Positions 8,148 to 16,741 of a stretch of 22,318 bases of DNA are shown piece by piece (within the stretch, counting starts at the first letter, position 1; every line of letters starts with the position of its first letter). Under the pieces are notes generated by a model that saw nothing but the letters and a program-made list of their open reading frames with translations, did not search any database and was not told the origin of the DNA. A program made the position numbers and the translations under genes. Origin of the DNA: an uncultured Phycisphaerales bacterium (GTDB taxonomy: Bacteria > Planctomycetota > Phycisphaerae > Phycisphaerales > SM1A02); the NCBI GenBank assembly GCA_938084645.1, contig CALKEP010000080.1, positions 1 through 22,318 on the forward strand, in the 5' to 3' direction.

Positions 8148-8235
8148 GTACAGGTGCCGCCTTCGTCGCTACGTTTCGACGAGGCGCTGGCCGAGCTCGC
8201 CGGGGAATCCCGGCATGGGAAACGGAAGACACGTG

Positions 8236-8949
8236 ATGCGAGAGTTGTTCATCGCCATCCTCACCCTGGGCCTCGGTGCCGGCGCTCAGGCCTCGGTCAT
8301 CGGGACGACCTACACCGACGCCACGAACGACCTCTTCGATTCGTCCTTGTCGAACCTCGATCTGGTCTCCGCGCGGTTCTCCAACGACGCCACCCATCTC
8401 CATCTCAGCGTCACCGTGCGTGGCGACGTCTCCGCGACGACGTGGGGCGACTACATGGTCTTCATCGACAGCACGCCCTCGTGGTCCGCGCCGGATCGAG
8501 ATGACGCGGAGGGCTCGCGGGGCAATCCCTTCCATCGGGGCATCGCGGCCCCCGCCAGCACCGATGCCTTCATCGGATCCTGGCTCGACGACGGCGGCGG
8601 CAACCTGAGCTACACGTTCGAAGGCGGTCGATGGAACCAGAAGGAGACGGGAACGCCCGACCTCACCCGAGCCACTTCGGGCACCGTGAGCTGGACCTTC
8701 AGTCTCGAATCCCTCGGACTCGCGATCGGTGACACCTTCCACTTCGACGTGGCCACGACCGGAAGTTCGGATGGATCGTCGTCCGTCGACCTGCTCTCCA
8801 CCAGCAGCATCCGCCCCGGATGGGGGTTCGACGAGGACTCGACGCTCGACCTCACCTACACCGTCGCAGGGTCCACCGCCGTCCCCGGCATCGGTGGCGT
8901 CGCCGCCCTCGCGGGCCTCGGGCTCGCCCGTCGCCGCCGAACCCGCTGA
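8236..8949 (+). CDS. Exported protein with DOMON/CBM9-like domain and PEP-CTERM-like tail (VPG variant)
   Basis: Start moved to ATG 8236 (signal peptide MRELFIAILTLGLGAGAQA). The 'D..ND....LDL......D...L...Y.VFID' pattern suggests a DOMON-like fold. Ends VPGIGGVAALAGLGLARRRRTR (motif, TM segment, poly-Arg). Confidence 0.8.
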   Translation: MRELFIAILTLGLGAGAQASVIGTTYTDATNDLFDSSLSNLDLVSARFSNDATHLHLSVTVRGDVSATTWGDYMVFIDSTPSWSAPDRDDAEGSRGNPFHRGIAAPASTDAFIGSWLDDGGGNLSYTFEGGRWNQKETGTPDLTRATSGTVSWTFSLESLGLAIGDTFHFDVATTGSSDGSSSVDLLSTSSIRPGWGFDEDSTLDLTYTVAGSTAVPGIGGVAALAGLGLARRRRTR

Positions 8950-8951
8950 GA

Positions 8952-11066
8952 TCAGGGCCCGGGGTCGAGCGCGTCGAATCCGCCTGGAAAGTCATGGTCG
9001 ACCGGAAGCTCCGGGACGTCGTCGAACGCCTCGTCGAAGGCGTCGTAATCGGGAACCTCCGGGTCGAGTGATTCCAGTGGTTCGACCTCCACGCCTTCCG
9101 GGAGAGATGCCTGGAAGATCCGGCCGTACCCCTTGGTGACGATCCGGGCATCCAGCACGACCACCCTTCCCGAATCGTCGCTCGAACGGATCAGCCGTCC
9201 GACCCCCTGCTTGAATCGGATGACCGCCCGCGGCACCTGGTCCTCCATGAACGGTCGTCCACCGCGGGCCTCGATCGCCTCGTGTCGAGCCTGGACGATC
9301 GGACGATCCGGCACGTCGAACGGCAGACGGGTGATGATCACGTTCCGCAGGCCGCGGCCTCGGACGTCGACGCCCTGCCAGAAGCTCGCCACGCCGAAGA
9401 GCACCGCCCGCTCGTCCTTCCGAAACCGCTCGAGCAACAGGCCTCGCGGACCGGTCTCGTGCTGGACGAGCACCGCATGCCCGTCCGCCTCGAGCGGCCC
9501 CCGACAGCGTTCCGCCGCCTCGCGCATCGCGGTGTTGCTGGTGAAGAGCACGAATGCACCGCCGTCCGTCGCCCGGATCTGCTCGACGATCCGCGCGGTG
9601 AGGCGATCGAGGTGGGCCGGATCCTTCGGCTCCGGCATGGATGGGTCGACGAAGACCCGCATCTGACGGGCGAAGTCGAAGGGGGATCCGACCTGCAGGG
9701 TCCGCGGCGCCTCGGCACCGAGCCGCCCCGTCACCAGCGAGAAGTCGTCGGAACCCGTCGCGAGCGTCGCGCTGGTGCAGATCACGGCGCCGTCACGACC
9801 GAAGAGATGCTCCCGAAGCACCGGCGCCACGTCGACCGCGGCACAGGCGACGGTGACGCTCCCTCGGTGCCCGCCTCCGCGGCGATCGCGTCGGCGGTGA
9901 CTCTCCGCCCAGTACACGCACCCTTCGACGCCCTGTTCCACGAGAAGCGCCGTCGCCTCCGCGATCTCCGTCGCCCGACCCGCGAGCGAGCCGAGCTCCA
10001 TCTCGTCGGTCTCGTTGGTGACGCGGGTGCGCAGGACCTTCAATGCGGAGGCCAGCGACCGCAACGCGGGTGACAGCGGATTGTCGACGACGCCGGCGAC
10101 GGGAATCCGCACCGAGCCGTTCCCGTCGCGTTCGAGCCACGCGGCGAGATCGTCGAAGAACGCGTTGGTGGCGGTCTCCGCCCGCCGAAGCGCGGTGACC
10201 GAGTCGTCGACCATCTCCCCCGCGCCGGACCGGCCCCCGATCGTCGCGAGCACCCCGCGATTGGTCCGCTCCGAAAGCAGCATCCGCATCAGGTGACGCA
10301 CCCGGCCCTCCGAGACCCGGAGTCCGAAGTGCTCCGCCGCGACGTCCTCGACGGTGTGCGCCTCGTCCAGGATCACGTGCGTGTACGGCGGCAGGAAGCC
10401 CGCCCCCCGCATCCGCAGTGCCAGATCACTGAAGAACAGCGCGTGGTTGCACACCAGGATGTCGGCGTTCTCCATGCGACGTCGCGCGGACTGGTAGAAG
10501 CACTCGTCATGGGTCGGGCAGCGGCGCCCCATGCAGTTTCCACCATCGCTCTGGACGTGATCCCACACCCCGGGCCGCTTGAGCTGGGGCAGCGTGGCGA
10601 GGGTTCCATCGTTCGTGCGGGCGGCCCACTTCTCGATCTGCTGGAGGGCGTGGCGTTCGGGCTCGTCCGCGAGCAGCCTCGTCTCCCGTTCCACCGCGAG
10701 CCGGAGCCGTCGCTTCGAAAGGTAGTTCGATCGCCCCTTCACGAGGACCGCGGTGAACTCGTCGGGGACGAGGGCTCGAAGCAGCGGGATGTCCTTGTCC
10801 ATCAGCTGCTCCTGCAGACTGATGGTGTGGGTGCAGATCACCACCCGATCACCGCGATTCGCGAGCACGCTTCCGATCGCGGGCAGCAGATACGCGAAGC
10901 TCTTGCCGGTTCCGGTGCCGGCCTCGACGAACAGCCGTTCCTTCGCCGCCAGCGCATCCTCGACCGCCGTCGCCATCTCGAGCTGCTGGGGCCGCGCCTC
11001 GAAGTCCGCGAGTCGGCGGGCGACGGGGCCGTCGGGGGCGAGCATGGAGCGGGCGGGGAGAATCAT
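8952..11066 (-). CDS. dinG: DinG/YoaA-family ATP-dependent DNA helicase
   Basis: Q motif (RPQQLEM), Walker A EAGTGTGKS, DEAH box, TSATL, VLFTS, FWQGVDVRG, RLPF and QGVGRLIRS. Fe-S region CMGRRCPTHDEC. Confidence 0.92.
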   Translation of the reverse strand: MILPARSMLAPDGPVARRLADFEARPQQLEMATAVEDALAAKERLFVEAGTGTGKSFAYLLPAIGSVLANRGDRVVICTHTISLQEQLMDKDIPLLRALVPDEFTAVLVKGRSNYLSKRRLRLAVERETRLLADEPERHALQQIEKWAARTNDGTLATLPQLKRPGVWDHVQSDGGNCMGRRCPTHDECFYQSARRRMENADILVCNHALFFSDLALRMRGAGFLPPYTHVILDEAHTVEDVAAEHFGLRVSEGRVRHLMRMLLSERTNRGVLATIGGRSGAGEMVDDSVTALRRAETATNAFFDDLAAWLERDGNGSVRIPVAGVVDNPLSPALRSLASALKVLRTRVTNETDEMELGSLAGRATEIAEATALLVEQGVEGCVYWAESHRRRDRRGGGHRGSVTVACAAVDVAPVLREHLFGRDGAVICTSATLATGSDDFSLVTGRLGAEAPRTLQVGSPFDFARQMRVFVDPSMPEPKDPAHLDRLTARIVEQIRATDGGAFVLFTSNTAMREAAERCRGPLEADGHAVLVQHETGPRGLLLERFRKDERAVLFGVASFWQGVDVRGRGLRNVIITRLPFDVPDRPIVQARHEAIEARGGRPFMEDQVPRAVIRFKQGVGRLIRSSDDSGRVVVLDARIVTKGYGRIFQASLPEGVEVEPLESLDPEVPDYDAFDEAFDDVPELPVDHDFPGGFDALDPGP

Positions 11067-11165
11067 GGGGAAACCGGTTCGAGCGTCGTGCGGTCGCGTT
11101 CCGGCGACCGTTCTCCATCAAGCATAGGTCGTTCATCGTCGGACGCACCCGTGCTGGTTCACGGT

Positions 11166-11900
11166 TCAGGCCAGCGGTCGACGCTTCGGCTCGCCCACCT
11201 CGCGTGGATAGGCCTTGGGAACCGCCCGGTTCTTCTCGATGACCACGATGCGACCCGTCGAGGTCGGATGGACCTCGACCACCGACGCATGCAGCTTGTA
11301 GAGCGCCTGCTTCGCGGTCTCGATCTCCTCCTCCGCCTTCGCACCCTTGATCGCCAGCACCAGACCGTCCGTGCGGGCGAGGGGGACGGTGTATTCCGCG
11401 AGGACGTCCAGGGCACCGACCGCCCGCGCAAGCACGAGGTGATGGGACTCCCGGTGAGCCGGATCCCGTCCCACGGTCTCCACCCGTTCGTTCAACACCT
11501 TGACCCGGTCGAGCCCGAGGCTCGCCGCGGTCGCTTCGAGGAACCTCGCCTTCTTGCCGGTGGCCTCGATGAGGACGATCTCCAGCCGCGGACGCACGCA
11601 TGCGAGCACCAGCCCCGGCAGTCCGCCGCCGGAGCCGACGTCGACGAGCCGGGTCGCCTCGCCGAAGCGTTCCTCCAGCTGGAGGATCCACGGGAGCAGC
11701 GTGAGGCTGTCGAGCACGTGCCGCTCCCACGCCTCCGCGGGCTCGCGGATCGCGGTCAGGTTCATCCGTGCATTGGCTTCGTAGAGCAGCTCGAGATACC
11801 GGCCGATCCGGACGAGGTCCTCCGGCTCGAACTCGATACCCGCCGACGCGGCGGCGGAGAGGAAGGATTCGGGGGGCGTGGCGAGCTTGGAGTCGTGCAT
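11166..11900 (-). CDS. rsmG: 16S rRNA m7G527 methyltransferase
   Basis: NARMNLTAI, HVLDSL, SAM motif DVGSGGGLPG, KKARFL, ARAVG and YPREVG. ATG 11900 preferred over TTG 11909. Confidence 0.95.
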   Translation of the reverse strand: MHDSKLATPPESFLSAAASAGIEFEPEDLVRIGRYLELLYEANARMNLTAIREPAEAWERHVLDSLTLLPWILQLEERFGEATRLVDVGSGGGLPGLVLACVRPRLEIVLIEATGKKARFLEATAASLGLDRVKVLNERVETVGRDPAHRESHHLVLARAVGALDVLAEYTVPLARTDGLVLAIKGAKAEEEIETAKQALYKLHASVVEVHPTSTGRIVVIEKNRAVPKAYPREVGEPKRRPLA

Positions 11901-11949
11901 GGGGAGCAACGGTGTACCACGGTTCGCCGCCCGCTGCCGCCTCGAGCGT

Positions 11950-13206
11950 TCAACCGGTTCCCGCGACCTCCCACTGCTCCATCCGCCTGGGGCGGCGCAG
12001 TCCGACGTTCAGGACCAGTCCGATCATCATCCACGCGGTGACCAGACTGGATCCGCCCGCACTCACGAAGGGCAGCGTCATGCCGGTGATCGGCAGCAGG
12101 CCGATCGTCATGCCGGTGTTGATCACCATCTGGGCGAGCAGCAGGGTGACCAGACCCGTCGCAAGCAATCGCCCGAAGAGATCCCGAGCGAAGGCCGCGA
12201 CGAGGAAGCCTCCGACGGCCATCATCAGGAACAGCACCCAGACCACCGCCCCACCCACCAACCCCCACCGGCAGGTGACGACCGCGAAGATCATGTCGTT
12301 GTGCTCCTCGGGAAGATGGTTGAACCGCAGCAGCGTGGCGGCGTGTTCACGGCCGACGCCGGTCAGGCCGCCCGCCCCGGCGAGGGTCATCGCCCGGTCC
12401 CCCTGGTAGCCGATGTCGTCGCGATATCGATCGTCCCCCTCGATCTGCGCGAGCAACGCCTCGATGCGGTCCTGTTGATGCTCCTTGAGGTAACCGCGCA
12501 TCGGCGTGAAGAGCACCGCGGACACCGCGAGGACTCCCGAGAGCACCAGGATCGTGAGGTGGGAGATCTTCGCCCCCGCGACCAAAAGCAGTGCCAGCAG
12601 GGTCGGTACGAACAGCAGGGCGGTGCCGAGGTCGGGCTCGAGCAGGATCAGCCCCATGGGAATCGCCGTCACGACGAACGGCAGGGCGAATCCTCGAAGG
12701 GATCGCACGTTCCAGCGAAGCCGGAACCAGGCGGCGAGCGCCAGCACCCACACCACCTTGGCGAGTTCGGATGGCTGGAGATCGGTGATGCCGAGATTGA
12801 TCCACCGACGAGCCCCGTTGTACGGCCGGACGATCCAGGTCGGCACGAAAGGGATCAACACGAAGACCAGCAACGCCAGCACCAGGACGCTGAGGCCGGG
12901 AACGAGCGGGCGAAGGCGGCGATAGTCGGGCACCGCGATGAACGCCGCGACGATCAGACCCAGTGGCAGGAAGAGCGCCTGCTTGCGGGCGAAGCCGGGC
13001 TCGGTGGTGGCGATGGCCACGATCCCGATCACGTTGAGGGCGAGGGCCGCGAGCACCACGATCCATCCGACGGTCCCCCATCGAATCCGACCGGCCTGCA
13101 GGTCGCGGGCCGACTCGTGGAGCCCCCGCGCGGTGAAACGCTCCCGCACCGGGCGGCCCGGTTCGTCGACCCGCGTCGAGGAGGTGATGGATTCGGAGTC
13201 GGTCAA
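11950..13206 (-). CDS. rodA: SEDS family peptidoglycan glycosyltransferase (RodA/FtsW)
   Basis: NGARRWI, LQPSELAK, EPDLGTA, GYQ, LPEEHNDMIF (catalytic Asp) and LPFVSAGGSS. The TTG start overlaps the PBP stop (TTGA). Position directly after a PBP2-like gene favours RodA. Confidence 0.88.
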   Translation of the reverse strand: MTDSESITSSTRVDEPGRPVRERFTARGLHESARDLQAGRIRWGTVGWIVVLAALALNVIGIVAIATTEPGFARKQALFLPLGLIVAAFIAVPDYRRLRPLVPGLSVLVLALLVFVLIPFVPTWIVRPYNGARRWINLGITDLQPSELAKVVWVLALAAWFRLRWNVRSLRGFALPFVVTAIPMGLILLEPDLGTALLFVPTLLALLLVAGAKISHLTILVLSGVLAVSAVLFTPMRGYLKEHQQDRIEALLAQIEGDDRYRDDIGYQGDRAMTLAGAGGLTGVGREHAATLLRFNHLPEEHNDMIFAVVTCRWGLVGGAVVWVLFLMMAVGGFLVAAFARDLFGRLLATGLVTLLLAQMVINTGMTIGLLPITGMTLPFVSAGGSSLVTAWMMIGLVLNVGLRRPRRMEQWEVAGTG

Positions 13207-15674
13207 CCCGCGTCACTCCGATCGGATGCCCCGATCACGTTCCGAGCGACGTCGCCGGGAGTCGAGGACTCGACCATCCCGGCTTCGTCGGGAAGTGGAT
13301 CGAGCCACTCGACCGGTGTCGGATCGAGCGTCGTCCGGGCCTGCTCCCCGAGATATCCTTCGGCCGCGAGCGCCCGGACCACCTGCGCCGCGACCGGACC
13401 ACCCGCTCGTCCCCCGGAGTTTCCGTGTTCGACGATGACCGCGAAGGCGTAGCGCGGTTCGCTCGATCCCGCGGGCGCGATCAGACCGGCGTACCAGGCG
13501 TGCGACGCCTCGCCCGTGACCTGAGCCGTGCCCGTCTTCGCCCAGATCTTCGGCGCCGCATCCCCGAAGTCCCGGAAGTCGAGAATCTCCTCGGTACGAG
13601 GCCCCGTGGTCGGGTCGAGCCACAATCGGCTCGCCGTACCCTCCTTCGCGGACTTCGCCATGCCGTCGAGGGCGATCTCGACCGCCGCCCGACTCCAGTC
13701 GCCATCAACGGTCGGTCGCGGCGCCGCGTCGTCGAGGACCAGCACCGGTTCGACCGGGGCCCCCGCCCGAGCGAGCCTCGCGTAGGCGTTGGCCGCGTGG
13801 AGCGGCGTCCACGCCACGGATCCCTGCCCGATGCCGAAGAGCATGCGACCGACGTCGGTTCGGTCGGGGACGAAGGTCCCCTCGCTGGCGGCCGCGAGCC
13901 CCGCGCCCAGAGGCATCTCGAGCCCGCAGGATCGGTACCACGCCCGCATCGCATCCGGGCCGAGCACGTCCGCGATGGTGTAGAAGTAGATGTTGCAACT
14001 CTCCGCGATCGCGTCCACCGGACCAAGGTGCTCATGGCGACCGTAGAGCCCCTGTTCGGGGCGCCATCCCCAGCAACGCGGTTTCTTGAACTCGCCGCGG
14101 ATCCAACCCTTGCACTCGATGGACTGGCGCAGCCCGAACCGGCCATCCTCGACCCCGGCGACGTAGACGAGCGGCTTCACGATCGAGCCCGGCGCATACG
14201 CGGTCCCGATCGCGCGATTGCGAAACGGGGCGAGATCCTGGAGGGTGCGCCGTCGCCGCCGATCCTCTTCGGGCAGGTCGCGAGCATCGGCATCCGGCAT
14301 CAGCATCAGGGCCAGATCCTCGGCGGCGAGCTCGAGGTCCGCGAAGTTGGGCGTGGACACGAGGGCGAGGGTCTCTCCGGTCCGGACGTCGATCACCACC
14401 ACGGCCCCGTGCAGCGGCGTTCCGAGTGGAAGTTCCGGCGTTCGCGGACCCGAGGCGTTCCAGCCGTAGTGGAACTGTCGGACCTGCATCAGTCCGAGTT
14501 CGGGGTCCAGGATCGCCCGCACCCGGGCCTGAAGATCCGCATCGACCGCGATCCGAACCGCCTCGCCGAAGCGTGGTTGGACGCGGGAGAGCACGTCACC
14601 GCTCGCGCGGTCGGTCTCCTTCATGCCGATCGTGCCGTGCAGGTCGCGATCGAATTCACGTTCCAGCCCGGTCGAACCCACGAGGTCGCGGCCCGCTCGG
14701 TAACCGGAGTAGTCGAGGATCGACTCGCCGGCGTCGTCAAGACGTTCGTAGGGACGTCGTTCGATGTCCTCGGGGGCGACCTCGGCCCGCGTCGTGCCGA
14801 CCAGCGTGGAGGCGATCCCGCCCACCTCGATCACCGTCGAGCCTTCAGCGCGAAGATCCGCGGGAAGGGACGCGCGATCGATGACGACCCGGGCCTTCGA
14901 GAATCCGCGCACCCTTCGGTTGACGCCACGCACCGCGAACGGCGGATCGTTCTCCGCCGATCCACCGGAGGCCGCGACCTCGTCCATCAACGACGCGATC
15001 GCCTTTCGCAGCGCGAAGGTGTCCGCATCGCTTTCAGCGAAGTCCTCGGCGATCGGGTGAAGCCCCTTCTGCTCCGCGATCGGCCGGGCGACGAAGATCT
15101 CCTCCGCCTCGGCGCGTCCACGGCGCCGGGCCAGTCGCTCGAACTGTCGATTCCAGACCGACGCGCTTCGAATCGAGACGCCTCGGCGGATCGCGTCGAG
15201 TCGAGCCGGGAGTTCCTCGAGCACCAGCCCGGTCTCGGTCGCCGCCGTCGCCCAGATCGCGTCGATGCGGGCCTGCCACCGGGGTGTCTCGGCATCGATC
15301 GCCGCGTCCCGTTCGGACCGCGAAAGACTGCTCCAAACGGTGCCGACCGCCTGCTTCGCGCTTCGTGCGGCCTGCCGTCGCTGCCATTCGCCGGTGATGA
15401 CCTCGTAGTCGACGCAGAAGTCCCAGCCGGTGCGTTCCACGGCGAGTGGCCGGCCGTCCCGGTCGACGATCGGGCCTCGAACCGTCGGCTGGAAGGTGCG
15501 GCGGACCAATCGCGACTCGGCCCGGGCGAGCCGGGAGGCCCCCTCCGCCACCGAGAGCCGCATCATCTGCAGGACGAGGGTGGTGACCACCAGCAGCGAA
15601 AGCACGCCGAGCACGATCAGCCTCACGTGGAAAGGCGTCATGCGGTCGTCGGTCTGGCCCGTGGGTGGTCGCAT
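13203..15674 (-). CDS. mrdA: Class B penicillin-binding protein (PBP2/MrdA-like), enlarged to about 820 aa
   Basis: N-terminal TM segment, RGPIVDRDGRPLA, VGSTGLE and GAVVVIDVRTGETLALVS. Transpeptidase motifs SxxK (GSIVKP), SxN (SCN) and KTGT. Confidence 0.85.
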   Translation of the reverse strand: MRPPTGQTDDRMTPFHVRLIVLGVLSLLVVTTLVLQMMRLSVAEGASRLARAESRLVRRTFQPTVRGPIVDRDGRPLAVERTGWDFCVDYEVITGEWQRRQAARSAKQAVGTVWSSLSRSERDAAIDAETPRWQARIDAIWATAATETGLVLEELPARLDAIRRGVSIRSASVWNRQFERLARRRGRAEAEEIFVARPIAEQKGLHPIAEDFAESDADTFALRKAIASLMDEVAASGGSAENDPPFAVRGVNRRVRGFSKARVVIDRASLPADLRAEGSTVIEVGGIASTLVGTTRAEVAPEDIERRPYERLDDAGESILDYSGYRAGRDLVGSTGLEREFDRDLHGTIGMKETDRASGDVLSRVQPRFGEAVRIAVDADLQARVRAILDPELGLMQVRQFHYGWNASGPRTPELPLGTPLHGAVVVIDVRTGETLALVSTPNFADLELAAEDLALMLMPDADARDLPEEDRRRRRTLQDLAPFRNRAIGTAYAPGSIVKPLVYVAGVEDGRFGLRQSIECKGWIRGEFKKPRCWGWRPEQGLYGRHEHLGPVDAIAESCNIYFYTIADVLGPDAMRAWYRSCGLEMPLGAGLAAASEGTFVPDRTDVGRMLFGIGQGSVAWTPLHAANAYARLARAGAPVEPVLVLDDAAPRPTVDGDWSRAAVEIALDGMAKSAKEGTASRLWLDPTTGPRTEEILDFRDFGDAAPKIWAKTGTAQVTGEASHAWYAGLIAPAGSSEPRYAFAVIVEHGNSGGRAGGPVAAQVVRALAAEGYLGEQARTTLDPTPVEWLDPLPDEAGMVESSTPGDVARNVIGASDRSDAG

Positions 15675-15835
15675 TCGGCTCCGAAGGGGTCAGGCGCACT
15701 CCGGCGGGCCGCTTCGACGGGATGCGGCCCGCGGCCCACCCCCGGGAGCGGGACGAGCCACTCGAACCATATCGGCTCGGCACCCACCGGGACTTCCCTC
15801 GGTGCGGAATCGGAGACGATCGCGACGGGTCCGAG

Positions 15836-16522
15836 TCAGACCTCGGTCGATCCACCCACTTCGAGCCGCCGGACCTCGACGCCGTTGGGCGTGAACCGAT
15901 CCGGATCCGCGTCGATGAGCGGCCAGGTGCCGAAGTGGCACGGGATCGCGATCGGCGCATTCACCATCTCCGCGGCCCGACTGGCATCGGCGGGGCCCAT
16001 GGTGAACCGGTCGCCGATCGGCAGGATGAGCACGTCGGGCCGGTGGATCTCCGAGATCAGGGCCATGTCCCCGAAGATCCCGGTGTCGCCGGTGTTGTAG
16101 ATCGTGGTGTCGCCCATCCTGATCACCAGGCCGGTGGGCATCCCCATGTACTTGCCGCCGAAACTCGATGAATGAAACGCGTGGGTCATGGTGATCCGGC
16201 CGAAAGGCATGTCGACCCCGCCACCCGGGTTCGCCGGCTCCAGCTTCTCCAGCCCCTGCTCGCCGAGCATGTTGCAGAGTTCGTACGGGCCCAGCACCGT
16301 CGCGTCGCACCGCTTCGCGATCGCCAGCGTGTCGCCGACGTGATCCTCATGACCATGGGTCAGGGCGATGTGCGTGCAATCGATCGAATCCGCGGTGATG
16401 CCCGCGGCCTCGGCCTGGGGGTTCCCGGTGATGAACGGATCGATCAGCACGGTGTGGGTCCCGTCGGTGATCGAGAACGCGGCGTGGCCGTGGAAGGTGA
16501 TCTTGACGCGCTTGTCGCTCAT
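15836..16522 (-). CDS. UPF0173-type metal-dependent hydrolase (metallo-beta-lactamase fold)
   Basis: GHAAF, IDPFITGNP, THGHEDH, FHSS, GDTGIF, LPIGDRFTM and PCHFGTW. Start at ATG 16522. Confidence 0.9.
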   Translation of the reverse strand: MSDKRVKITFHGHAAFSITDGTHTVLIDPFITGNPQAEAAGITADSIDCTHIALTHGHEDHVGDTLAIAKRCDATVLGPYELCNMLGEQGLEKLEPANPGGGVDMPFGRITMTHAFHSSSFGGKYMGMPTGLVIRMGDTTIYNTGDTGIFGDMALISEIHRPDVLILPIGDRFTMGPADASRAAEMVNAPIAIPCHFGTWPLIDADPDRFTPNGVEVRRLEVGGSTEV

Positions 16523-16646
16523 GGGTCTCTCCAGCCGGGGGAATGCCATCCAACCGGCCGCGTCGGTCCGGGACGGACCAGCCCTTGCACGCCGGAAGGA
16601 GCAGGATCACGGCGAATCGTCAGGCGGTCAACCCGAATGGTGGTGA

Positions 16647-16675
16647 TTCGCAATCGGCCCCCGACCGACTAGCAT
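16647..16675 (+). promoter_or_regulatory. Candidate sigma70-type promoter for ychF
   Basis: TTCGCA (16647-16652), 17-nt spacer, TAGCAT (16670-16675), in the divergent intergenic region. Confidence 0.4.
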
Positions 16676-16741
16676 GTCCGACCCGGTTCCGGCCGGACCG
16701 CGCATCCCCCACCATCCCCCCAGCGATTCAGGAATCCCGCC

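Noticed and set aside
8014..8235. N-terminal extensions given by the ORF track (8014, 20112, 1021, 2668, 16549 starts)
   Set aside because: The extensions are low-complexity or run through promoter-like DNA. Downstream ATGs give proper signal peptides, SD sites or family-typical N-termini.
8952..11066. DinG as a type IV CRISPR (Csf4/CasDinG) or defence helicase
   Set aside because: No cas genes or repeat-spacer array are present, and the context (rsmG, rodA) and motifs fit the housekeeping DinG/YoaA family.
15836..16522. MBL-fold gene next to the PBP as a beta-lactamase resistance module
   Set aside because: It has no signal peptide and its motifs match the cytoplasmic UPF0173 hydrolases, not class B beta-lactamases.
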